Positions 37,331-49,245 of a stretch of 64,000 bases of DNA are shown here, one piece after another (the stretch's first letter is position 1; the number at the start of each line of letters is the position of its first letter). Position numbers and translations under genes: made by a program. Below the pieces are notes generated by a model. The model was given only the letters and a program-made list of their open reading frames with translations. It was not told where the DNA came from and did not search any database. Source of the DNA: Takakia lepidozioides (lineage: Eukaryota > Plantae > Bryophyta); NCBI GenBank assembly GCA_030704615.1, contig CM060731.1, positions 43,648,001 to 43,712,000 on the forward strand, in the 5' to 3' direction.

Positions 37331-39120
37331 CCGTCGAGGACGTATGGCAAATAGCTCCACCACATTAACCACAGCTGTCTTCTCCTCTAGAGGTGCATCA
37401 AACTGCTCCCCCCCCCATTGCAGAGTCATAGAGCTGGTCAGTAATAGAGGAAGAGTAACCAAAAACCCCAAACTTGAAAGGCAACTTCAAACAAAATGCA
37501 AAGACACGCATCATCAAGAAGGAGTTTGTGACCATGAAGGTGCAGGCCAAGAAGAAGGTGTTACCCATCGTTTAAGCCACCATTGACCAAAGCGTTGCCC
37601 ATCATTTGGTCCCCGAACTCAAATTTCCCAATAAGCCCCAAGACGATTGAGAAAGAAGACTCGTCCAAGATGGAAATCCGTCGGGCAACAAGCGAACTTC
37701 ATCAGATATGTCAGTCTTGGGCATGAAACAGTGCGGTAATGGGAGGCACAACAATATCCGAGGTCAGTAGCAACGACGTCTTGACAAGCCTTCCCTTGCC
37801 TCCTTCTCTACTTAGCGGTGCAAGGGTTGTGGACTTAAGAATTGCACTGGAGGTCTGCCATCATTGTCTACCTGAAGATGCAACTCCAACGTGCACTTCG
37901 GGTTGAAGACTTTGCTGGCGGCACACAAGAGTCGTACAAACGTAGAGTTTACAATGCGCTCAGATGGAAGACTTTCTGTGATGGCAGAGGTGCATCCAAT
38001 GAGTCATTTCGAATGGCGGAGGTCTAACATCTGCTGTGGGAGCGCAGGTGGTGTGTCCAACAACTGGAAATCGTCATCGTCATCATCATCGTCAAGGTCC
38101 ACTCCCGGCTCCTTCCGAAGCTCATGTGCTTCCTGCGCGTTAGATTCTCGTGTAGTCTCTTCTTCTGCCGTCGTCTCCTCGCGTTCTAACCCTCATCTTC
38201 ATCAACTTGCAGGAAGATGCTTCATCCCGTGCTTACTAAGAACAGCCTCCATGATGTGCCTCTGCCCCTTTTCAAAAACATGGTACATTTTCAGTTTAGG
38301 CCTACCCTTTCCCACAACAGCATCACAGCCATTTATCCTGTGAATGTTAAGTTCCTTCTTATCTTTGCTTAAGACAGTGGATACACTTGAATGGCTTCCT
38401 ATTATCATCACCGGCTGCTCAACCCTTCCTCTGAGTGAGCTCGCATATGAGATTTTCCCACTCATCAAGTCGTACGTTTCATTGTATGTCCGACGCGCTT
38501 CGCGCATGGAGGATTGTTTCACCATATCGGTGCCCCTCCAATCCACTACCCTCCTCCTGAAGCATTCTCCAGCCGAGCAAAGGTTTGCTGGAATTGAAAG
38601 CAAGAACTCAAACTAAAACATGAAGCATGCAAATGGACTGCAACAGACAGAAATGGCAAGCAAGAGGAAGAAAATAGCTACAAATCACACGAATGACTTC
38701 CAAATTCTACAAAAAGAAACCCTATACTCAAGTCGAATGAGTAATCGCTTCACACCGCCACAACTCAGTCAACAGTTTATAACAGCCGCGATGCATACTC
38801 CTCAGGAAGTGCTTGTAACACCGCTTCCGCCGGGATCATACATTTCGGGCCATGCAAACGCCAGTAGCTTGGAAACCTATCCTATGCTGCCATGAATTAA
38901 ATCAATCAAGCATCGACGTGGGGAGTGACAGCTGAAGGCCGCATTCAAATCGACAAGTCCACCATGTGCGTGGCGAACTGGACGCGAAAAGCATGAAAGC
39001 ATGATCATCGCGATCTCCCTACATCCATATATGAGTATTTGTCACATCCTGTCATGTCAAGCCGTCCATCATCATGGGTGATTGCAGCACATGGATCATT
39101 TGCATCACCATCCATCTTCG

Positions 39121-39376
39121 TCATGCTGTGTCCCGCGCGATGTTGGGTTGTGGTGACAGGTGTCATGTGCCACAGAGTTCATGTGGTGTGGTGACGGCCG
39201 ACCGGGGGGCGGGCAGGGGTATGGGGGGTTTGGGGGGGGGGGGGGGTGGCGCGGGCCGCACGCGACCGCGAGCCGCGCAGAGCCGGCGAAGGGGTGCGGC
39301 TGGGGTGGCGGTGGGTGCCACTCAGGCAGGACCGAAGGGGTCGCATTAAACTCCCGGGCCTTTTCTAATGTGCGCC
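39121..39376. repeat. MULE terminal repeat copy B
   Basis: Homologous to 14606-14893 with an identical terminus ...ctaatgtgcgcc. Confidence 0.85.
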
Positions 39377-41379
39377 CTCCAGAAATTGCTCACACTAACA
39401 AACCCATGAGGATAAATAGATCTGAATAACTCTTCTACATAGTTTTACGTAGGAAGTCAAAGGGGTGGGATTCTATCCAATAATCCAACTGAAATTAAAG
39501 CAAAGATCCAGGGTCTCAAGTCGATGTCAATCCCAGCCAATCTACCTGCAACAGCATCCGACAAAGACCTAGGAATATTGAAGTCATATTCTCTTGGTGC
39601 CCAGTCTGGTGGATTGGAGTACGGCAGCCAGTCCACTTTCCCTGGAATGTGTAGCTATAGTATCATGGACTTCAATCATCGCCATTTCGATCACTCACAG
39701 GGCTATGATAGAGACCATATTTCAAACCCTAAGCTTTTCCCCAGCCGGCGTGGGTGGGTCCAAAAGGACCCTTATTTTTTTTTTGTTTTTTCGCAAAGCC
39801 CTTCCTAGGGGTCGCGGGAGCAGGAGGTGGTGTTCAAGCACCCCCACCTGCCCCTTGTGGCCAAGGTCATTCTTCGCATCGGAACCAGGGACGCCTTGTG
39901 AAGGCTCTTTAGAACGTGCGAATATGCCTCCACCTCCAAATCCTTTGATGCAACTTGGTAAGATGTCAATACCTCGGAGGCATTCGTCAATGCCACATCC
40001 ATAGATGCAAGCACATCCGAAACCTTCTTTAGCACGACATCAAACTGTGCAACCAACTCCCCTGCCTTCTCAATGCGACAACGAGCACGTCCTTGTAATC
40101 ATGCTCGAGTCCATTTTGGAAGAGCATAAGAGTTATGATGATACCTACTGGATGCAGGATGGATGGACCCGTCCATCCAACTTGGTTGGTCCGTCCACAT
40201 TAACTTTGTTTCATCCGCTAACTTCATTGCAGCCTTCTCTGCGTTTCAAGCTCTTGCTGTTCATGGGCCTCCCTCACTGGTTGAGCCTCTGTCTGCCCTT
40301 GATGTTGGGGCAGAGCTCTCAGCACCAGTCACAACAAGGAACTGGAACCTTCCAATTTCCCAGTGACAAAGATTTGCCTTTTCCCAATTGTGTGGCAAGC
40401 AGGCTTAGGCAGTGCCATAGAGATACTGTCTCTCTTACGGTACAGTGAATGGACATAGTAAAGGTTTCAGACGAAATTTGTTGGGATGTTGTACATTTGC
40501 AAAAGAGAGTGGTGGAATCACATCTGCAGGATGTGACAAATATGGAATGTGGCTTGAAATTTGAAAATGCCACTGGCCGCAACGGTCTGCAGGTGCCAGG
40601 TAGCTCTTTTTGATGAACAATATGTGAAAGACAAGGAGCAGTGCCGAAAGCCAGGGCACGAAGACTCGAAAGACATGGGCTTGGTTGGGTTGGGGTGTGA
40701 CGCAGTGGTGACAAAGTGACTGTTTTGACTGTAAGAAAGATGTCGGTGATGCAGCTGCCCTGTTTGCAGGCTCTTTGATCGCATGGGGGGAAGGTGCCAA
40801 TGGCAATATTGATGTGAAGGCAGGTCAGGTTGAGGACCTGGTTAGAGGACCTAGCTGGTGGATTTGATGAGTTTTGGGAGAGGTGGCAGGTTGTCGACGA
40901 ATTCGCCTTTGATCTGTATTTTGAAATGCAGGGTACTGAAGCCGCTGCCCCACTCAACTATATGGATGTGAGACGCAGACTCGAAAGGGTCTTGCTCATT
41001 TGTGAGTCGTTGGTGAACATGTACCGAGATTTCCTGGAAAGTGCCTGTCACTCATGAAGGCCTGGCTAGAAAAATCAGATACAGACCAGAATGTGTGCCC
41101 CTCTCCCAGCGGACTGGTTATCAAGCATAGTCTCCAACGCCATCCACCAACAAAGAGACACATGATCCATCAGAAATGCCTTCCATTTCAACTTGAGAGG
41201 TATAAAAGATTGAATTGAGTGAAAGTATTTAAATTCGTCCAGAAAGGTAACCTTAAAATCAGCACACAAAGTAAATGAGGTGCCTTCGTATAACTGGTAT
41301 TCACTGATCCTGACAACTATTTTGCCATGTGACACGGATGGGTTGAAGGTAAATATCCGAAATTAAAAAACAGGAATGA

Positions 41380-44300
41380 TGGAAAGCTTTGGAAAGAATA
41401 TTTTTCCAAACCCAGTCAATGGTGGGACAATGGAGGCAGAAAGGTGAACAGAGTGACTTGCATGAATGTTGTTGAAAGCTCCACTAGCAATCCGCCTTGT
41501 CAGAACCTCTCACAGTTTTGATGCTGTCGAGTGTCTGCGTGAAGGTCAATCATGGAGCATGGAACAGCACTGCCAAGAGTTCACTTGAGATTCTTCACAA
41601 TGCTGGGACAACTGCCTTGGCAAGGTGCCCTTTCTTCATGTATGATTTAAGGAGTTTGCCTGTTCCTGTCAATATCATAGAAAGCGGCCCCCCCCCCCCC
41701 CCCCCCCCCCCCCGCAAAGGGGCAGTAGCCGCAAGGTGAAGTGGCTCTTAGTTACGCCGGTTTAGGCCGGAGTCTTCTCTCTCTCAATATCATAGGTGTT
41801 CTTGCTAAGCAGGCAGTAAAGATGCATTGCCCAAGGGTTTCTCCTGGTGTTTACCAGGTACTGGGGAGGGTTGGCTTGGTCTTAGGAGGCCAACCATGGC
41901 CGCTCAGCTGCACATTTTCACAGACCAATCAGACTACAGACATAAGCAGAGTGCACAAGAGGTCCTTTGGATTGGGGATTGGTGGAGTCCTCCTTGGGTG
42001 AAAGAAAAGCTAGCCGCTTCCCTGACACGAGGTCACGCACAATGTGGTGAGGGCGCGCCTTCTTTTTCAATACATTTAGGCTAGTTTTGTACTTTGGAAA
42101 AGCTTTGGAAAGAATATTTTTCAAACCCCTGTCAATGGTGGGACAATGGAGGCAGAAAGGTGAACAGCTGTTATGTTATGATAGATGCAGACAACAAGAT
42201 GCATTGCAAATTTTTCTCCCCACTCATGTCAGCATTTCAGCATAGGGACTACTGTGTGGTGGGTAGGGTTAGGTTGTTAGCTAGATAATTTTAGGCTGAA
42301 GGAGGCAGGTATGGTTGGGGTTCAGATCCATCCAAGAGAGCCGGATTTCAAGCATAAGAATCCCAATGAGCCATTAAGGATTGATAACTACAAGACACCT
42401 GCATTTGTAGATGGTCAACTGGAAGCAGCAGCAGCAGAACAAGTAGTACACTCAGGCACCTCCACCATGACAACCGGTCACATACAAGGACCAAGACACA
42501 AGATCTCTTCTGGCACTTGCGGATATGTGAGGCAGGACGACTGAAAGATGCTCTGCACATTTTGAATCAAAGAGATATTTCAGCAGATTCCGATACTTAC
42601 GTCTGTCTCTTGCGTAAATGCATCAAAATGAAAGGCCTGGCAGCAGGAAAGCAGGTGCATGCCCACATTATCCAAAGTGGATTCAAGCCCAACATGTTTC
42701 TACACAATACCCTCGTCAACATGTATGTCAAATGTGGCAGCATCGTGGATGCACACAGAGTGTTTGATAAAATGCCTGGACGAGGTGTGATCACGTGGGA
42801 TACAATGATGGCAGGATACACCAAGCATGGATGTGGTAGGGATGCCTTGGAGACCTATGAGCGGATGATATGGGAAGGGGTGACCCCGAATCAGGTCGCC
42901 TTTGTTTGTGTTCTGAAGGCCTGTGCCAGCCTTGCAGCCCTGGAAGAGGGCAAACAGGTCCATGCTGACATCACGAAAGCTGGGATTGTGCCAAATACAA
43001 TGTTGGACACTACCCTCTTCGACATGTATGCCAAATGTGGGAGCATCAAGGATGAAATGAAATGAAATGGTGCTTTATAATGTCCGCGGAAAGCTCATAG
43101 TGTTTATGGGACAAAATGGAAGAAAACATGAGAGAGGAAACAAAACCAGAACCCAAGAGTGTGGCTGAACAAAATGTGGTGTCATGGAGTGCGATGATCG
43201 CAGGATGTGCACAGCATGGGTGCGGGACTGAGGCTTTGGAGACATGAGCAAATGGTGCTGGAAGGGGTCACACCCAACCACATTACGTTTATTTGTGTTC
43301 TCAAGGCGTGTGCCAGCTTGGCAGCCCTGGAAAGGGGCAAAGAAGTCCATGCTGCCATCATGAAAGTTGGAATCACACCAGATGTCATTCTGAATACAAC
43401 CCTCGTGGATATGTATGCCAAGTGCGGGAGCATTGAGGATGCAAAGGTTGTGTTTGAGAATATGCCTGAACGAAGTGTGTCCCGGAATGCAATGATGGCA
43501 GGATATGCCCAGCATGGGTGGGGGGATGGAGGCTTTGGAGGCCTATGAGCAAATGATGTGCGAAGGTTGGAAGCCTGACCAGGTCACGTTCGTCTGTGTT
43601 TGCAATGTGTGTGCAAGCATGGCAGCCCTGGAGAAGGGCAGAGAGATTCATACTGACATGATGGAAGCTGGAACAATACCGGATGTTGTGTTGAATAACA
43701 CCCTTGTGGATATGTATGCCAAATGCGGGAGCATAAGGGATGCAAAGGGAGCGTTTGACAATATGGCTGAACGAAATGTGGTGTCATGGAATGTGATGAT
43801 CGCAGGGTATGGCCAGCATGGATGCAGAATGGAGGCTTTGGAGACATGTGGGAAAATGATGGGGGAAGATTGCCCCTACGCGGTCAACGAACTTCTACTA
43901 ATGCTAAGATTTGTCGCAAATTCGGAAACGTTTCGATCAAGGGGTGGCTCCAGATCAGGTCACGTTCGTCTGTGTCTGCAATGCATGTGCAAGCCTTGCA
44001 GCCCTGGAGAAGGGCAAAGAGGTCCATGTTGACATCATGAAAGCTGGGATTGTACCAAGTATTTTTCTGAACAATGCTCTTGTGGACATGTATGCCAAAT
44101 GCGGGAGGATTGAGGATGCAAAAGGAGTGTTTGACAACATGGCTGAATGAAATGTGGTGTCATGGAGTGCGATGATCGCAGGATATGCCCAGGATGGTTG
44201 TGGTAAGGAGGCCCTGCAACTATTTGAAGGAATGAAAAAGGACGGCTTGAAGCCAAACGGTATCACCTTTGTATGTGTTCTCCAAGCATGTAGCCATGGG

Positions 44301-44620
44301 GGCCTAGTGGATGAAGGCAAATACTATTTTGATTCCCTGAGTCGAGATCATGGCCTCACTCCTACAGTGGAGCACTTAGGCTGCATCGTGGACCTTCTTG
44401 GCCGTGCGGGGCAATTGCGTGAAGCTGAGGACTTGATTAACAAAAATGCCAGTACAACCAGATGCTGTGGTGTGGAAAGCCTTGCTTGGTGCCTGCAGAA
44501 CTCATGGGAATATGGAGGTGGCAGAACGTGCGGCAAAATCTATACTCAAGTGGGCTCAACAGTGCGCTAGAACGGATATGTTGCTATCAAATATCAACTC
44601 TTCAATATCAAACTGCTAGC
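41380..44620 (+). pseudogene. PLS-class PPR (E-type) gene with two N-terminal OSB-like PDF motifs; multiple frameshifts and stops
   Basis: KLWKEYFSNP(S/C)QWWDNGGRK at ~41384-41443 and 42097-42159; SDYRHKQSAQEVLWIGDWWSPPWVKEKL at ~41930-42012; PREPDFKHKNPNEPLRID at ~42331-42385. Then repeated VTFVCVLKACASLAALE.GK.VH / LVDMYAKCGSIEDA / NVVSW..MIAGY triplets and E domain VEHLGCIVDLLGRAG...VWKALLGAC. No DYW domain seen. Confidence 0.88.
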
Positions 44621-45009
44621 GCAACCGCATGCACCTAACATGGTTAAGAGTCAATGACACCTCTTGCTGTTCACCTCATCCGACCCTACCTGGAGCTGCA
44701 ACAGACAGAAACTACAGAGATTTGGGTCCAGGTATTCAGGAGCATGATCTACTTTCTAGCCCTCGGCTTCCATGTACTTCTCCAACCAATTGAATGAAAC
44801 CCAGAACAGCAGTCAAATTTCAAAATTCTGATTTACCTTGATAGACCGTTCTTCGCCATGGACTAATTTTGTTTGGTAAAACCCACAAGGACCAAAGGCA
44901 AACGTATCGCAACACTCGAGTTTCACTAGCATATTGGATTTTTCGTAGAGGTCCATGTGCAATAGCTGTTGTTAGACCCACGCATGAGATCCAATTTGTT
45001 CATTGCTGG

Positions 45010-45280
45010 GAGATCGAGAGGCTTGTTGCAGAGGGTTGTGTATCTGTGACCTCTGTGAACCAGTCAAAACTCATAACATGCATTCCAGGAGTCCCAGTGC
45101 TGAAACCGTCAGACCTCCCACCCGCTCTCCACCATCCCGATGAGTACAAGGATGCTGTCAGGATTCATAAGCGCATTGACGAGGCATCGGTGGTTCTGGT
45201 CAACACTGCTAATGTGCTGGAAGGGACAGTCTTGGATGCCTTGAAGACCCAAGTCATCGGCACAGAGGAAGTGGTCTGTA
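45010..45280 (+). pseudogene. UDP-glycosyltransferase central fragment
   Basis: LITCIPGVPVLKPSDLP...EASVVLVNTANVLEGTVLDALK matches the plant UGT IPGxP..DLP / VLVNTFxELE motifs. No PSPG box follows. Confidence 0.65.
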
Positions 45281-47526
45281 TTTTGGGTGTTTAACTTCAT
45301 GCAAGTTCCAAGATTAGGTCATGCACAGTGAAGGCCCGTTTTCTTTGTTGTAACATCCTTTCAGCACTCTTTTCAGCCAGAACTACTCTGGATGACCTTC
45401 AGGATCCAGCCTTCCAGATGATCTATGGCCACCATTCCATGCACTTAACTTACGAACCCTACATACTTTCTGCAGAGATGGATCTTGGAGATTGGTCCAT
45501 TAATGCAACCAGAGCCTGAAGTTTTGAATCCTGAGGCACCCAATCATATCATACAAAGAGCAGCCGAAGCGCTAGATCCATGAGTGCAATGGCTGAACAC
45601 ATAAGCTCCTTCTTCAACTGGTTCTTTTCGTGTGTTTTGGAACCCTTGCCACTATTCAGCACCACAAATCCTGGAGATGGCACAGGGACTGGAAGCCAGC
45701 AAGCAACCTTTTTCATGGATACTGCAGACGCCAAACGTTGCACACTGCTGCATATCCTTCATTGATACAACTATCCATCGCTGAATTCCTCTCTTCAGGA
45801 ATCCTCTGCAGAAAAACATTAACCAGTGAAATTCAACATGTGAATGCTTTGCAAGGTGAAATCTCAGTTTGGTTTTACTGGTGAAATGCAACATACAGAG
45901 CTGCAAGGGCTAAACCATCAGTCCCAGCAACCCAATTTTTCCACGTACAGGGACAAACTATGTCTGTTGTAAATATGTCACCTAGATTTATGTGAGAAGA
46001 ACAGACTTCACACTTTGTATTTAGCGCGAGACTAGTGCTCCTGATGGATTATATAATCCTGAACAAATGTCTCTAGGGCAAGTGATTAATGGATTCCCTA
46101 GTATGAAGGTACGGCTGAAGGTGATGGAACTGACGATCTGGCTACGAAAGGCTGTGGCAGATGGGGGGTCCTCACAGAGGAATCTGGAAGTTTGTGTCCA
46201 GCATCTTAGGACACTGACCCCCCCCCCTACACTTAAGGTCTGAAGTTACCGCGGCTGCTTCAAGAAGACCTGGTCATGTGCAGTTTGAACATGCAGGTGA
46301 GGTGGCATGCAGAACTGTATGACTCAGTTTTTTAGACTTGTCTACTTGTAAAGTGTCCTTGCTTACTGCAGAAATGGACATAGCGGATGTGTGCAGGTGT
46401 CTGAGGGATCACTGCCCCCCAAACTCTTTTCTGGAGAGTTGATGATGTTGGAGCTTAATTTTCAGACATCTTGTTCTCGTCTCTCCATAACAGAAAGCAC
46501 CTTGTTCCCTGGCACAAGCCCCTTGCGTACATGGGCGGCAGAGCACACATGTGATGAGTCATTTGATTTGTAAAACATTTTTTTTTCCCTTTTTTCCAAA
46601 GGGGGATTGGAGCCCTTTTGAATAAAATTAGAAGTGGTACTGGAAACCTGACCAAGGAGTGCATGAGGGAAGATGAACAAGGATTGGGTGACACCCTGGC
46701 CAAAACCCGGAGGGCTGAAGCTATGTTTGAGAAAACATAATACTGGAGGGCCAGCTAGCAAGGAAAGAGTGTAAAGAGAAAGGAAGTTCATCAGTCTGAA
46801 ACCAGAGTCCAGGGAATATCCCACGTGATGAGGTTGTAGCGATTTCCATGGCAGCAACTGAAGGTTGAGGGAGGGTGGATGCAACAAAAACCAGAACAGA
46901 TCCAAAAGACACTCAACGTTTGCGCCAGAGAGGTTCAAAGTTGAGATGTGCTTGCACTTTGGACTTCCGATTTTTCTTTGTGCCTCCAGTTGACATCTGA
47001 GGGACTAGCAGGTCCCCCATCCTGAGGGGTAGGAATGTTTTCAAATGTTCGACAGAGTTCCAGATAGTCCATTGTATGTCTAACGGGTTTTAGGAGTCAT
47101 ATTCATTGTCCCAGGTGTATGTGCTGCATTTGGCTGGTGTGTGCCCAAGGTGACATGGTTCAGGTGGATATTGAAGGATGGAATCAATGTGGATGGTGAC
47201 ATGGTCCTTGCCACTGTGATGAGTGAAACTGTCCACGAGGGAGACACTTTCCGCATGTGTCATGCCTCAGGGAAACACTATCCAGGTTCACACAGTCCTG
47301 AATGCTGTCACTGTGCAGGGGGATTGCTATTTTGTCAGCCATCAGCGATCAGTATGACGTGGACACACGAAAAATGGCCACGTGGCAAAGGGTTGTCTAA
47401 TATTTTTTTTTTCTAGGGCTGCCTGTAAATCCAAAACTGAATGATAGTCGTTTTCCAGTAGAAAATGAATGAGAACAACACTATTTTTTTTATTTTTTTT
47501 CGCGGAATAGTGGGGTGTGGCCCTGT

Positions 47527-49245
47527 TTTACTTTATTGAAAAAGGGAAAGATACAAGCATAGCATCATGAGGAAAAATAACCTCAATATGAAAGTGCCTT
47601 AGAGGTTGATGTAGGAAGCCACTGCTTCGTAACCAAAAGGCAGCAGTCTGCAGAGAAGAGTATGATAAGGTCTGGTAATGAGAGAAGAGAAGATAAAGCT
47701 TAGACTCAAGAGTCATGTCTATCTAAGAAAAGGTGTCAAAGGACCGTTGCACAATCAATTTGCCCTTCCTAACTGATTTTCTATGCCTCCAATTGACCTC
47801 CTGGTCCTCCCGATCCAGCGGGGTATGCATCGCACTAAGCGAACTGCCAGCCTGATGGGATGGTGTCGCTCCAGAGAACTCGGGAATCAGATTGCCCGGT
47901 GCAGATTTTGCCCCCTTTGCCCCAGGAGTTGTCAAACTCATCGAGAAGTTGAGTCCTTCTTCTCGGGCCACATCTGCATAGAGCTTCCCCAATAACCCGC
48001 CAAGCCTTCCTAGCATCAGACATTAAATCTGAAACCATAAACAATATAGCCCTAGCGTTGCTCCATTTGTTAGCAAAAACAAAACCACATCTGGCTTTCC
48101 AGATTTTCCATAGCATCTGAGCTATGAGGGAAGCCCATACTGGGCAAGGTGACCTCTTGAAAATTAAGAAGTAACACTGAGGTATCATCCCGAGGGAGAG
48201 GGTTCCAGGAGGAGTAGAAATTCCGAACCAAACACCAGGAAGCACGGGCAGCGTGACAGTACAGTAGGCAATGCTCCATGGTTTCAGACACGTTCATGTT
48301 GCAGAGCTTACAAATTGAGCTAACATCAGAGACAGAGTAAGAGACTGGGAGAATTTTGTTAACCATCTTCCATAGAAAGCCCGACAGCTTTGCAGCCCGG
48401 TCTTTCCTCCAAATATCCTTCCAAATGCACTTCCAAGATTTGGGATGGCCAGAGAAATGAGCCCATTTCTTGGTAAGCTTGAGATCCACTGGGATATGGA
48501 AGTTGAGTAAAGAGTACCATTTCTTGACCGTGTAAGAGAAGAAAGGCGAGTGCTTCTTATCTTGCCAAATCCATTCACCAGGGTCAAACTGTAGCAAGGT
48601 TAGTGGAGCCAACAAAAACCAGAGGAAGTGAGAGCTTTGGTGGCAGCCATTGGCCGCTGAGGGGCTGATCTTGCTAGTGTTCATACAAATGACTCTGATG
48701 GCGTAGAGGGCAACTTCCTCGCAATGAGAAATTCCAGGAGAGTGTAAAAAACCAGAAGGGTGGACTTTAAACAACCAGCCCCGAAGGGAAGAGCCATCCC
48801 GGGACATAGCAAAGAAAGCTTTTTTGGGAATGATACCCTCCAAACCCCACCAAGTGTTGAGGGCCTTCCTGTTCCTGGGATGGGAGGTCAGAGAAACCCA
48901 GCGGTCAGGGAAATCAGCAGTCACCATCCCCCAACCAGCAGCAGCCCGCCTGCTGGTCATATCAGAGGTGACAAGCTCTCTAGGCAAAAGAGTACCATCG
49001 CTCCAAAGGTGAGTAAAGTGAGAAACCCCCGCGGCTTCCCAAAATGCCCAGCAAGGTGAACACTTAACGAGAACTTCAGAATCTCTATTGTAATTTCCAA
49101 AGAGGGGTTGTCTGAGGGCCTCCTCAGACGTCGTGGGCTGAAGTTGAGCAAGAGAGATACGCATAGCAGTCCAGGCCCTCCATATGGATCTCCACGCACA
49201 GGAACCACATAGAGGTTTGGCATTCGAGTTTCCACCTTGCACCAT
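47527..49245 (-). mobile_element. 5'-truncated L1-clade LINE (ORF2 C-terminus with zf-RVT)
   Basis: 391 aa ORF with FSYTVKKWYSLL, WKCIWKDIW, FLWKMVNKILPV, CKLCNMNVSETMEHCLLYC, then MLWKIWKARCGFVF. AATAAA on the minus strand near 47531-47537. Confidence 0.85.

Noticed and set aside
45400-46560. Exon-like minus-strand segments
   Set aside because: No recognisable domain or consistent splicing. Left unannotated.
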